From Thermodesulfovibrionales bacterium (GTDB taxonomy: Bacteria; Nitrospirota; Thermodesulfovibrionia; Thermodesulfovibrionales; CALJEL01), in assembly GCA_041082235.1 (NCBI GenBank), contig JBDOIG010000079.1:5860-69859 (forward strand): DNA of 64,000 nucleotides, given 5' to 3'. Positions 9,511-21,715 of this stretch are shown here, one piece after another. The position numbers and the translations under genes were made by a program. The number at the start of each line of letters is the position of its first letter. The stretch's first letter is position 1. The notes below the pieces were generated by a model that ran no database searches, was not told where the DNA came from, and saw only the letters and a list, made by a program, of their open reading frames with translations.

Positions 9511-9555
9511 TTGGAAGGGTGGGATATAAAGGAGTTACTAACAGGTGTTAGTAAG

Positions 9556-10893
9556 ATGTTGAAAAAGAGTCAAGAAGAGATATGGGAAAAGATCCTCCTC
9601 AAGATAGAGGAGAGGCTTGGTAAGGGTTCCTTTGAGTTATGGTTTAAACCATTAAAACTTATTGATTTAAAAGAAGATTATGCTGTTTTTGAGGTTCCCA
9701 ACAGGTTCTTTAAAGAATGGATAGAGGAAAATTATCTCAATTATCTTACAGAGGCGTTTTCTGAAATTGCAGGCTTTACAGGTCAGTTCAAACTCAGGAT
9801 TGCTGAAAAGGATAAAGAATTAAAAAAAGAGGTTCTGCAACTTGAAAACAGAACAAAGAAACTTGCCAGTAAGGGTATATTTCTTAATCCACGATACACC
9901 TTTGAAAATTTTGTTGTTGGGCCCTCAAATCAGTTTGCACATGCTGCGGCAAGGACTGTCTCAGAACAACCTGGTTCAGTCTATAGCCCCCTCTTTATAT
10001 ATGGTGGGGTCGGCCTGGGCAAGACGCATCTAATAAATGCTATAGGTAATTATATTGTAGATAATATCTCTGGGTTAAGCGTCCTTTATGTACCCATAGA
10101 ACAGTTTACAAATGAGGTGGTTGCTGCTATCAGACATCAAAAGATGGCTGAATTAAAGGAAAAGTATAGAAATGTAGATGTGCTTCTTGTTGATGATATT
10201 CAGTTTATCTCCGGCAAGGCCACCGTACAGGAAGAGCTTTTTCATACATTCAACTCCCTTTATGATAAACAGAAGCAGATTGTTATGGCAAGTGACAGGC
10301 CACCGAAGGAGATACAGGACATCCCTGATAGATTAAAGACAAGATTTGGTATGGGACTTATTGCAGACATACAGCCTCCAGAGTACGAGACAAAGATAGC
10401 CATCCTCAACAAGAAGGCAGAGAAAGAAAAGATAAAACTTCCTGAGGAGGTATGCCACTGGCTTGCAAAGAAGATTAAATCCAATATAAGAGAGCTTGAG
10501 GGATGTCTTATAAAACTTGCAGCACACAGTTCACTGACCGGCTTACCTATCACCATGGATATGGCAAAGATTGTATTGAAGGATGTTATCGCAGATGAAG
10601 ATAGACCTGTGACACCCGAGCTTATCCAGAAGACTGTTGCAGAGTCTTTTGGTTTGAAGGTCCAGGACCTCCGGATAAAAAGGAGGACAAAAGAGGTAGC
10701 TATTCCAAGACAGGTCGGTATGTATATTGCAAGGGAGCTGACAGAGTTGTCCCTTTCCGATATAGGAAAGCACTTTGGCGGAAAAGACCATTCAACAGTT
10801 ATTTATGCCTGCAAACAGATTGAAGAAAAGATGTCAAAGGATGAAAAATTTAAAAACCTAGTTAAATCAATAATAGACAGGATTAAATCCTAA
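9556..10893 (+). CDS. dnaA: Chromosomal replication initiator protein DnaA
   Basis: AAA+ motifs PLFIYGGVGLGKTHL and LLVDDIQF, and a C-terminal DNA-binding domain (IPRQVGMYIARELTELSLSDIGKHFGGKDHSTVIYA). The ORF track starts at TTG 9511. I prefer ATG 9556 (MLKKSQEEIWEKI..) because it has an AGGTG 8 nt upstream and a DnaA box abuts 9511. Confidence 0.95.
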   Translation: MLKKSQEEIWEKILLKIEERLGKGSFELWFKPLKLIDLKEDYAVFEVPNRFFKEWIEENYLNYLTEAFSEIAGFTGQFKLRIAEKDKELKKEVLQLENRTKKLASKGIFLNPRYTFENFVVGPSNQFAHAAARTVSEQPGSVYSPLFIYGGVGLGKTHLINAIGNYIVDNISGLSVLYVPIEQFTNEVVAAIRHQKMAELKEKYRNVDVLLVDDIQFISGKATVQEELFHTFNSLYDKQKQIVMASDRPPKEIQDIPDRLKTRFGMGLIADIQPPEYETKIAILNKKAEKEKIKLPEEVCHWLAKKIKSNIRELEGCLIKLAAHSSLTGLPITMDMAKIVLKDVIADEDRPVTPELIQKTVAESFGLKVQDLRIKRRTKEVAIPRQVGMYIARELTELSLSDIGKHFGGKDHSTVIYACKQIEEKMSKDEKFKNLVKSIIDRIKS

Positions 10894-10903
10894 GGAGGCA
10901 ATT

Positions 10904-12004
10904 ATGATCCTTGCAGTATCAAAAAATGAGCTTATGAAAAGTCTCACAGATATCCAGGGTATAGTTGAAAGAAAAAGCACCATGCCGGTACTCAGCCATT
11001 TTCTACTTGATTGTCATAAGGAACCGTATCTTTATGCCACAGACCTTGATACAGCAATTAAAATTCAGAATCTCAATTTTAAAATTCAAAAAGAAGGTTC
11101 TATTGCTATACCTGCAAAGACCTTTATTTCCCTCATTAAGGAGCTTGAGGGAGATATTGTGCTTGAGGCCAAGGAGAATTTTAAACTCAAGATAGCAGCC
11201 GGGAAGGTCAGTGCAGAAATTGCCTGTCTTAATCCTCAGGAATTTCCTGCCTGGCCAGAGATAGAGGATGGGAATGAATTAACCCTGCCTGTAAAGGCCT
11301 TAAAGGATATAATAGAAAAGACTGCCTATGCTGCAAGCGATGCTGACACAAGGTATGTCTTTAATGGTATCCTTCTTCATCTTCAGAAGGAAGGGCTGCA
11401 TGCAGTAGGCACTGATGGCCACAGGCTCGCCCTTTTAAGACTAGCGAGCAAGGACTTACAATGTAATGTTCAGGATGAATTTAAGGTAATCCTGCCCAAA
11501 AAGGCCATTACTGAACTTAAAAGACTTATCAGCGATGATACCGTAACAATAAGAATCGGGAAAAACCATGTTCTTTTTAAGACTCCTAATATGGCGTTTC
11601 TTACAAAGGTTATAGAAGGTACCTATCCAAATTACGAGCAGGTAATACCAAAGGCTTCTACAAAGACCCTTATTTCATTAAAAACAGACCTTGAGAAGGC
11701 CTTGAGGAGGGTATCAATTATATCAAGAGAAAGATCAAATGCTATTAAGCTTGACATGAAAGACAATACCTTAATAGTGAGTGCATCAAATCCAGACCTC
11801 GGAAGTGCTGAGGAGGAACTTTCTGTAAAATACGATGGAGAACCCTTTACCATAGGATTTAATGCAAGGTATATCCTTGATGCACTTGAGGTTATAGAAA
11901 AAGATGAGATTGTTATGCAATTTAATGATCCCCTTGGCCCTTCATTATTAAAAGGTGCAGGAGATGAAAATTATCTTTCGGTAATTATGCCAATGAGGAT
12001 TTGA
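10904..12004 (+). CDS. dnaN: DNA polymerase III beta sliding clamp
   Basis: 366 aa, positioned directly after dnaA. Typical length with a ...SVIMPMRI C-terminus and a three-domain clamp pattern. Confidence 0.95.
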   Translation: MILAVSKNELMKSLTDIQGIVERKSTMPVLSHFLLDCHKEPYLYATDLDTAIKIQNLNFKIQKEGSIAIPAKTFISLIKELEGDIVLEAKENFKLKIAAGKVSAEIACLNPQEFPAWPEIEDGNELTLPVKALKDIIEKTAYAASDADTRYVFNGILLHLQKEGLHAVGTDGHRLALLRLASKDLQCNVQDEFKVILPKKAITELKRLISDDTVTIRIGKNHVLFKTPNMAFLTKVIEGTYPNYEQVIPKASTKTLISLKTDLEKALRRVSIISRERSNAIKLDMKDNTLIVSASNPDLGSAEEELSVKYDGEPFTIGFNARYILDALEVIEKDEIVMQFNDPLGPSLLKGAGDENYLSVIMPMRI

Positions 12005-12089
12005 TAGAGTAATCCATGATGAGTGAAGCGATACAGGAGATAGTAAAAACTCTTTACCCATTACGGATTACTGATTAAGGAGGTTATGA

Positions 12090-14543
<2,454 letters not shown>

Positions 14544-14544
14544 A

Positions 14545-14615
14545 TAGAGCAGCAGAGCGGCAGTTTTAAATAAGGAATAAATTATTTTCCTTAACGTGCT
14601 ACAGCTCTACTGTAC
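14545..14615. repeat. GCAGCAG-armed imperfect hairpin repeat, copy 1 (gyrB-gyrA spacer)
   Basis: atagagcagcagagcggcagtt matches ttagagcagcagtgcagcagtt at 62599-62620 at about 19-20 of 22 positions. The right arm ctacagctctactgtactat is an imperfect inverted copy. An inner hairpin aaggaa-taaattat-ttcctt is present. Confidence 0.55.
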
Positions 14616-14632
14616 TATTAGGAGGTAAATCA

Positions 14633-17080
14633 GTGGAGGAGCAACAGAATTTAATAGGTGCCTCAATAGGTACCAGAGAGTTGGAAGAAGAGATGAAGGT
14701 AAGCTACCTTGATTACGCTATGAGCGTAATTATAGGAAGGGCACTACCTGATGTGAGAGATGGACTGAAGCCTGTGCAGAGGAGAATACTTTACGCAATG
14801 TTCAGGGAAGGACTTCTTCCGGGTAAAAAATATTCAAAATGCGCTGGTGTGGTTGGAGAGGTTCTTAAAAAATATCATCCCCATGGTGATACCGCTGTTT
14901 ATGATGCCCTCGTAAGGCTTGCTCAGGACTTTAATATGCGCTATCCACTCGTTGATGGTCAGGGGAATTTTGGTTCAGTTGATGGTGACCCCCCGGCTGC
15001 CTACAGATATACAGAGGCAAGGCTTGCAAAGATAGCTGAGGAACTCCTTGCTGATATTGATAAGGACACAGTTGATTACATTCCTAATTTTGATGAAACT
15101 ACAGAAGAACCGATTGTTTTGCCAAGCAAGGTGCCCAATCTCCTGATAAATGGCTCCTCTGGTATAGCTGTTGGAATGGCAACAAATATACCCCCTCATA
15201 ACCTTGGAGAGGTTATAGATGCCCTGGTGAGGCTTCTTGATGAACCGAACACAACCATTGAGGAATTGATGCCCATTCTTAAGGGTCCTGATTTTCCAAC
15301 AGGCGGTATCATCTATGGTACTCAGGGTATAAAAGAGGCCTATCTTCACGGAAAGGGTCTTATAAAGATAAGGGCAAGGGCTCGCATTGAGAGAGACAAA
15401 AAGGGTGACAGGGTAGTGATAACAGAGATACCTTATCAGGTTAATAAGGCCCAGCTGCTTAAAAAGATAGCAGAGCTTATAAGGGATAAAAAGTTTGAGG
15501 GCATCTCAGAGCTCAGGGATGAGTCAGACAGGGACGGAATAAGGATAGTACTTGAGCTGAAGAGGGGAGAGATTGCACAGGTGATCCTCAATAATCTTTA
15601 CAAACATACACAGATGGAATCCACCTTCGGAATAATAATGCTTGCCCTTGTTGGTGGTCAGCCAAGGATATTGAACCTTAAAAAACTTCTCAGTCTATTT
15701 CTTGAGCACAGAAGAAATGTAGTCTTAAGAAGGACAGCCTATGACCTCAAAAAAGCCGAGGAAAGGGCCCATATCCTGGAAGGACTCAAGATAGCGGTTG
15801 AAAACCTTGATGAGATAATAAATCTTATAAAGAGATCAAAATCACCTGAAGAGGCGAAGCTTGGGCTCATGAAGAATTATCCACTTTCAGAGATACAGGC
15901 ACAGGCCATACTGGATATGAAACTCCAGAGGCTGACAGCCCTTGAAAGGGATAAGATACTTTCTGAATTTGACGAAACCCGGAAGGAGATCAAGAGATTA
16001 AAGGAGATCCTTGGAAGTGAAAAGCTTGTCAGGGCAATTATCAGGCAGGAACTTCTTGAGGTAAAGGAGAAATACGGAGACCCCAGAAGGACAGATATTG
16101 TGGAGGAGACAGGAGAGTTGAAGATAGAAGACCTGATTACAGAGGAGGACAATGTTATAACCATATCACATCTTGGCTACATAAAAAGGAATCCCCTTTC
16201 TCAGTACAGGAGCCAGAGGAGAGGAGGAAAAGGGCTAACAGGTATGGAGACAAAGGAAGAGGATTATGTTACAGACCTTTACATTGGCTCCACCCATGAC
16301 TATATTCTGTTTTTCACAAATAAAGGAAGACTGTACTGGCTCAAGGTCTATCAGATACCCGAGGCAGGCAGATATAGCAAGGGTAAGGCTATTGTAAACC
16401 TGCTTCCCCTTGAAGCAGATGAAAAGATTGCTACAGCCCTCGCCACCAGACTGGATAAGGAGGGTTATATAGTAATGTTTACAAAGAAGGGCCTCGTGAA
16501 GAAGACAGACCTGAAGGAGTTTTCTGCTCCAAGATCAAAGGGAGTCATAGCAATAGCCCTTGAGGAGGGTGACGAGCTTATTGCTGTAAAACAGACTGAT
16601 GGTAAATCTGATCTTATCATTGGTACAAAAAAGGGCCTTTCAATAAGATTTAAAGAGGAAGAGGTCAGGCCAGTAGGAAGGGTTGCAAAAGGAGTTATAG
16701 GAATCAGGCTTCTTAAAGATGATGAGGTCGTAAGTGCTGATACAGCAGAGGAGGGAACCACTCTTCTCACTGTCACGGAAAAGGGGCTCGGCAAGAGGAC
16801 AGAGATAAAAGAATATCCAGTTCAAGGAAGGGGTGGAAAGGGAGTGATTTCCATAAAGACCACTTCAAAGGGCGGTAATGCAGTGGGTGTCCTTCAGGTA
16901 AGGGATGAAGATGAGATAGTTATTATCACAAATTCTGGCAAGGTTATAAGGACAAAGACAAATAATATCCCGATTCAGGGTAGAAGCACCCAGGGTGTAA
17001 GATTAATGGACCTTGAAGAGGGTGACAGGATAGTGGGTATTGGAAAGGTTGCAGAAAAGGAAGACGCTGAGAGTAAATGA
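14633..17080 (+). CDS. gyrA: DNA gyrase subunit A
   Basis: 815 aa. Motifs: [14 protein letters not shown], the HPHGD quinolone-region motif, [10 protein letters not shown] with the active-site Tyr context, and C-terminal beta-pinwheel repeats. Confidence 0.97.
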   Translation: MEEQQNLIGASIGTRELEEEMKVSYLDYAMSVIIGRALPDVRDGLKPVQRRILYAMFREGLLPGKKYSKCAGVVGEVLKKYHPHGDTAVYDALVRLAQDFNMRYPLVDGQGNFGSVDGDPPAAYRYTEARLAKIAEELLADIDKDTVDYIPNFDETTEEPIVLPSKVPNLLINGSSGIAVGMATNIPPHNLGEVIDALVRLLDEPNTTIEELMPILKGPDFPTGGIIYGTQGIKEAYLHGKGLIKIRARARIERDKKGDRVVITEIPYQVNKAQLLKKIAELIRDKKFEGISELRDESDRDGIRIVLELKRGEIAQVILNNLYKHTQMESTFGIIMLALVGGQPRILNLKKLLSLFLEHRRNVVLRRTAYDLKKAEERAHILEGLKIAVENLDEIINLIKRSKSPEEAKLGLMKNYPLSEIQAQAILDMKLQRLTALERDKILSEFDETRKEIKRLKEILGSEKLVRAIIRQELLEVKEKYGDPRRTDIVEETGELKIEDLITEEDNVITISHLGYIKRNPLSQYRSQRRGGKGLTGMETKEEDYVTDLYIGSTHDYILFFTNKGRLYWLKVYQIPEAGRYSKGKAIVNLLPLEADEKIATALATRLDKEGYIVMFTKKGLVKKTDLKEFSAPRSKGVIAIALEEGDELIAVKQTDGKSDLIIGTKKGLSIRFKEEEVRPVGRVAKGVIGIRLLKDDEVVSADTAEEGTTLLTVTEKGLGKRTEIKEYPVQGRGGKGVISIKTTSKGGNAVGVLQVRDEDEIVIITNSGKVIRTKTNNIPIQGRSTQGVRLMDLEEGDRIVGIGKVAEKEDAESK

Positions 17081-17086
17081 TATCTG

Positions 17087-18835
17087 GTGCTGGAGAAACA
17101 TCAGGTGTCAGAGGTAACAGTTCTTGACTGGCTGGTGATAGCCCTTTATTTTGCCTTTTCTTTAACAATAGGACTTTATTTTACAAAAAAGGCATCAAGT
17201 AATCTCTCGGAGTTCTTCCTTTCAGGCAGGAGGGTCCCCTGGTGGCTTGCTGGCATATCAATGGTGGCCACCACATTCAGCTCGGATACCCCCCTTTATG
17301 TAACCGGTCTTGTCAGGTCTAATGGCATATACGAAAACTGGCAGTGGTGGTGCTTTATCTTTTCAGGCATGATGGCTGTATTCCTCTTTGCCTCTATGTG
17401 GAAGAGACTTGGTGTATTTACTGATGTGGAATTTATTAATATAAGATATTCCGGCAAACCAGCAAAGGTATTAAGGGCCTTTAAGGCACTTTATTTTTCC
17501 CTGATTATCCATACCATCATAAAGGCACAGGTCATCCTTGCGATGGCAAAGATACTGGATGTGCTTCTTGGCTGGAGTAAGTGGCAGGCAATAATAATAT
17601 CAAGCCTTATTACACTTTTTTATTGCATGGCCTCAGGTTACTGGGGCGTGCTTACAACTGATTTCTTCCAGTTCATTATTGCCATACTGAGTGCTGTGCT
17701 GCTGTCTTTTTTTGCTGTTAAGACCGCAGGAGGTATAGATGCAATAAAGATAGCTGTTAGCCCTGATACCCTGAGATTTTTTCCATCAATCGGAAATGGG
17801 TTATCTGGCTTTCTCGGTGCGAGCTTTCTCACATTCCTTGGTTATATAGGCATTGCCTGGTGGTCAAAATATTCCTCTGATGGAGGCGGGGTTATTGTTC
17901 AGAGGATAATATCCTGTAAGGATGAAAGAGAAGGCATAAAGGCAACCATGTTTTTTAATGTACTGCATTATGGATTGAGGACATGGCCATGGATACTGGC
18001 TGCCCTTGCCTCTATGATTATATATCCCTCTCTTTCAGACCACGAGATAGCTTATCCAAAACTTGTGGCTGACCTTATGCCTCAGGGACTCAAGGGATTG
18101 ATGATAGCGGGTTTCTTTGCAGCCTTTATGTCAACCTTAAGCACTTATCTTAACCTTTCATCCGCTTACTTTGTGAATGATTTCTACAGGCCTTATATAA
18201 AACCGCATGAAAGGGATAGTCATTATATAATCATTGCAAGGCTATGCATGATATTGCTTTCCATTGTTACGGCAATAATTACCTATCATCTAGAATCCAT
18301 TGTGGAGGTCTTCAAGTTTCTGATTGCCTTTGGCTCAGGTACAGGACTTGTTTATATCCTCAGGTGGTTCTGGTGGAGGATTAACGCCTGGAGCGAGATA
18401 TCTGCCATGATAGCCTCAACAGTGGTAAGTGTTCTTGTGTATACCCTTCCAAGCCTGAATTCCACCAACTATTTTATAAAACTATTGCTTATAGTCTTTT
18501 TTTCAACCCTTGTATGGCTCACTGTGACTTTATTGACAGAGCCTTCTGAAAATGAGGTCTTAAGAAAATTTTATGAACTTGTAAGGCCTTCAGGAACTGG
18601 CTGGAGAAAATTTCATATAAAAGGTGGAGGGAATTCTACAATACCGGGATTAGTAAATTGGTTAACTGGCTCTCTCTTTATTATAGGCCTGACCATCGGA
18701 CCGGGGAAGCTTTTTCTTAAAGATTATTTATCAGGCTTAATATTTTTAAGTCTTGCTTTTGCCTCGGGCATTTTTCTTTTTTCTAATATCTCAAAAGCTA
18801 GAAACAAACGCCATGCATATAGAAATAGGTCTTAA
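17087..18835 (+). CDS. Sodium:solute symporter (SSF) family transporter
   Basis: 582 aa polytopic membrane protein. The N-terminal LSEFFLSGRRVPWWLAGISMVATTFSSDTPL pattern is typical of SSF permeases. Confidence 0.75.
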   Translation: MLEKHQVSEVTVLDWLVIALYFAFSLTIGLYFTKKASSNLSEFFLSGRRVPWWLAGISMVATTFSSDTPLYVTGLVRSNGIYENWQWWCFIFSGMMAVFLFASMWKRLGVFTDVEFINIRYSGKPAKVLRAFKALYFSLIIHTIIKAQVILAMAKILDVLLGWSKWQAIIISSLITLFYCMASGYWGVLTTDFFQFIIAILSAVLLSFFAVKTAGGIDAIKIAVSPDTLRFFPSIGNGLSGFLGASFLTFLGYIGIAWWSKYSSDGGGVIVQRIISCKDEREGIKATMFFNVLHYGLRTWPWILAALASMIIYPSLSDHEIAYPKLVADLMPQGLKGLMIAGFFAAFMSTLSTYLNLSSAYFVNDFYRPYIKPHERDSHYIIIARLCMILLSIVTAIITYHLESIVEVFKFLIAFGSGTGLVYILRWFWWRINAWSEISAMIASTVVSVLVYTLPSLNSTNYFIKLLLIVFFSTLVWLTVTLLTEPSENEVLRKFYELVRPSGTGWRKFHIKGGGNSTIPGLVNWLTGSLFIIGLTIGPGKLFLKDYLSGLIFLSLAFASGIFLFSNISKARNKRHAYRNRS

Positions 18836-18955
18836 TAGCAGGGCATGCCTCAAGACTTTATGAGGTGAAGCAGGTTATGTTCGGTAAGCTTGATTAAAAG
18901 GCTTACATTAAGGCACACCCTGTAATTTCTATCAGCAAAGGGGCAAAGGGGGGCC

Positions 18956-18985
18956 TTGACAAGGCAGGGGGTTTTAATGTATAAA
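18956..18985 (+). promoter_or_regulatory. Candidate sigma70-type promoter of the nuo operon (TTGACA-18 nt-TATAAA)
   Basis: TTGACA at 18956-18961 and TATAAA at 18980-18985. The first ATG of the nuoA ORF (18991) lies 5 nt after the -10 hexamer and has no SD. Confidence 0.4.
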
Positions 18986-18990
18986 AACCC

Positions 18991-19362
18991 ATGCCTGGCT
19001 CATATATGCCCAGTGAATATCTCCCTGTACTGGTATTTATGCTGCTGGCCTCAGCAATAGGTATCGGCATTTTAATATTTGCCTCTTTATTCAGACCAAG
19101 AAGACCCTATCCTGAAAAACTCATGCCCTATGAATCTGGTATCACCCCTGTTGGCGAGCCAAGACACAGATTCTCGGTGAGATTCTATATTATTGCCATG
19201 CTCTTTGTGGTCTTTGATGTTGAGGCAATCTTCCTCTATCCCTGGGCAATCATCTTTGACAAACTCGGGCTCTTTGCCTTTATTGAAATGGTGATATTTA
19301 TAGTGATACTCCTTATAGGCTATATCTATGCATGGAAAAAGGAGGCCTTCAGATGGGATTGA
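18991..19362 (+). CDS. nuoA: NADH-quinone oxidoreductase subunit A
   Basis: 123 aa with 3 TM segments. [10 protein letters not shown] and [15 protein letters not shown] motifs. Alternative start at ATG 19006. Confidence 0.9.
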   Translation: MPGSYMPSEYLPVLVFMLLASAIGIGILIFASLFRPRRPYPEKLMPYESGITPVGEPRHRFSVRFYIIAMLFVVFDVEAIFLYPWAIIFDKLGLFAFIEMVIFIVILLIGYIYAWKKEAFRWD

Positions 19363-19880
19363 TTGTAGATACCTCCATAGAACTTATAGAGGTTGAAGAA
19401 GGTGTTAAGATAATACCAGGAGCAAATACTATTATCACCACCCTTGATAAGATCATAAACTGGGGAAGGGCCTCTTCCCTCTGGCCAGTTACATTCGGGC
19501 TTGCCTGCTGCGCCATTGAGATGATGACCACAGGCTCCAGTCATTATGACCTTGACAGGTTTGGCGTTATCTTCAGGGGTTCCCCAAGACAGGCTGATTT
19601 CATGATAGTTGCTGGCACCGTTACAAAAAAAATGGCACCTGTTGTAAGAAGGGTTTATGACCAGATGCCCGAGCCAAGATATGTGATTTCTATGGGAAGC
19701 TGTGCCTGCTCAGGAGGGATATATAATACCTATTCTGTTGTTCAGGGTTGTGATAGTTTTCTTCCAGTAGATGTCTATGTGCCTGGATGTCCTCCAAGAC
19801 CCGAGGCACTTATGTATGGAATCCTCAAGCTTCAGGAAAAGATTAAAAAGGAGCATATGAGATGGAGCCCATTCAGATAG
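19332..19880 (+). CDS. nuoB: NADH-quinone oxidoreductase subunit B
   Basis: N2-cluster ligand motifs [17 protein letters not shown] and [10 protein letters not shown]. The true start may be ATG 19353 (MGLIVD). Confidence 0.95.
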   Translation: MEKGGLQMGLIVDTSIELIEVEEGVKIIPGANTIITTLDKIINWGRASSLWPVTFGLACCAIEMMTTGSSHYDLDRFGVIFRGSPRQADFMIVAGTVTKKMAPVVRRVYDQMPEPRYVISMGSCACSGGIYNTYSVVQGCDSFLPVDVYVPGCPPRPEALMYGILKLQEKIKKEHMRWSPFR

Positions 19881-20410
19881 CAGAAAGACTAAAGGAAAGG
19901 TTTCCCGAGGATGTCAGGGAAATAAAAGAATTCAGGGATCAGGTCTCGGTTGTTGTTAAGAGGGAACATATCCTTGATCTTCTTCGCTTTCTTAAGGAAG
20001 AGCCTGATATACAGATGGATTTGTTGAAAGATATTACTGCAGTGGACTGGCTCGGTAAAAAGGTGCCGAGGTTTGAGGTTGTATATCATCTCTATTCCAT
20101 CAAATTTAAACATCTCTTGAGGCTCAAGGCAGAAGTTCCGGAAGAAGACCCTGCAATAGATTCAGTGATGCCAATCTATATTGGTGCAAACTGGCATGAA
20201 AGGGAATGTTATGATATGTTTGGCATACAGTTCCGCGGTCATCCTGATCTAAGAAGGATATTGCTTCCTGAGGATTGGGAAGGTTACCCCCTTAGAAAGG
20301 ATTACCCCCTGGAAGGTTATAAAGGCGAGAAGGACTGGTCTGGGTTTAGAGAGGTCCTTCAGATTGCAAAGAGGAATAAAAAATTTGACTGGTACGGAGC
20401 TCAGGGATGA
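19862..20410 (+). CDS. nuoC: NADH-quinone oxidoreductase subunit C
   Basis: [31 protein letters not shown] signature. Position in the operon agrees. Confidence 0.93.
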   Translation: MEPIQIAERLKERFPEDVREIKEFRDQVSVVVKREHILDLLRFLKEEPDIQMDLLKDITAVDWLGKKVPRFEVVYHLYSIKFKHLLRLKAEVPEEDPAIDSVMPIYIGANWHERECYDMFGIQFRGHPDLRRILLPEDWEGYPLRKDYPLEGYKGEKDWSGFREVLQIAKRNKKFDWYGAQG

Positions 20411-21630
20411 GTAATATAACAATCCGTGATTTAAAAGAAGATATTCGCACAGGTCTCAAGACAAAAGAGCTTGTGCTCAGCATGGGGCCTCAGCATCCAT
20501 CAACACATGGAGTTCTGCGACTCGTCCTTGAGCTTGACGGCGAGACAGTTGTTAAGTGTACACCCTATGTTGGGTATCTCCATAGAGGAACAGAAAAGTT
20601 ATGCGAGCACAGGACATATCTGAACGCATTACCTCTCAGTGACAGGCTGGATTACATAGTTTCCATGGCAAATAATGTTGGATATGTCCTGGCTGTTGAG
20701 AGGCTTTTTGGGATAGAGGCTCCGGCAAGGGCAAAGTACATAAGGACAATTGTTTCTGAGATGGCAAGGCTTTCAGGACATATCATCTGGATAGCAACCC
20801 ATGCCCTTGATATAGGGGCGATGACAGTATTTCTTTATTCCTTCAGGGAAAGGGAATGGCTCCTTGACCTGTTTGAGCATCTCTGTGGAGCAAGACTCAC
20901 AACAAGCTATCCAAGGATTGGTGGTGTGAGGAATGATGTAACAGAGGAGTTTCTTGATAGTCTTTATCAATTTACAGAGGAGTTTCCTGCACGGATAGAG
21001 GAATATGAGACCTTAATTGATCAGAACAGGATATGGCTTCAGCGAACAAAGGGTATCGGAATTATTTCTGCTGAGGAGGCAATAAACTGGGGTCTTACCG
21101 GTCCAGTGCTCAGGGGTTCAGGAGTTCCCTATGATGTGAGAAAATTTGCACCCTATGATGCCTATCCATGGGTAGATTTTGAGGTGCCTGTAGGAAAAAA
21201 TGGAGATGTCTATGATCGTTATAAGGTGAGGATGCAGGAGATGAGACAGTCCAACAGGATAATCAAGCAGTGCATAGAAAGAATGCCAAAGGGGCCAATA
21301 ATGGCACCTGATGCACCTAAATTCACCCTTCCTCCTAAAGAGAAGATCATGTCAGAGATGGAATCCCTGATACATCAATTCGTCCTCATAACAAAAGGCC
21401 CCATAGCAGCACCTGAAGGAGAGATATATTCAGCCATAGAGGCTCCAAAGGGAGAGCTCGGGTTTTATATAGTAAGTGATGGAACTGGCAAGCCCTACAG
21501 GCTTAGGCTCAGGTCTCCATCTTTTGTACATGCCTCTGTGCTGCCAAGGCTTTGTGAAGGCCATCTTGTTGCTGATGTAATAGCCAATATAGGAACCATA
21601 GATATAGTGCTTGGTGAGTGTGATAGATAG
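20407..21630 (+). CDS. nuoD: NADH-quinone oxidoreductase subunit D
   Basis: [25 protein letters not shown] and LRLRSPSF motifs. 407 aa. Confidence 0.95.
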   Translation: MSNITIRDLKEDIRTGLKTKELVLSMGPQHPSTHGVLRLVLELDGETVVKCTPYVGYLHRGTEKLCEHRTYLNALPLSDRLDYIVSMANNVGYVLAVERLFGIEAPARAKYIRTIVSEMARLSGHIIWIATHALDIGAMTVFLYSFREREWLLDLFEHLCGARLTTSYPRIGGVRNDVTEEFLDSLYQFTEEFPARIEEYETLIDQNRIWLQRTKGIGIISAEEAINWGLTGPVLRGSGVPYDVRKFAPYDAYPWVDFEVPVGKNGDVYDRYKVRMQEMRQSNRIIKQCIERMPKGPIMAPDAPKFTLPPKEKIMSEMESLIHQFVLITKGPIAAPEGEIYSAIEAPKGELGFYIVSDGTGKPYRLRLRSPSFVHASVLPRLCEGHLVADVIANIGTIDIVLGECDR

Positions 21631-21633
21631 AAC

Positions 21634-21712
21634 TTTGAGGGACAAAGTCCCTCAAACTCCTCTTTTTAATATAATTTTATATGGGGTTTTTAAAGGGGTT
21701 TCACCCCTTTAA
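21634..21712 (+). repeat. Composite double-hairpin repeat, copy B, between nuoD and nuoEF
   Basis: Hairpin tttgagggac-aaa-gtccctcaaa (21634-21656), then ctcctcttttt plus the AT palindrome atataa-tt-ttatat, then hairpin ttaaagggg-tttca-cccctttaa (21690-21712). The left half is near-identical to 39464-39500. Confidence 0.75.
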
Positions 21713-21715
21713 GTT

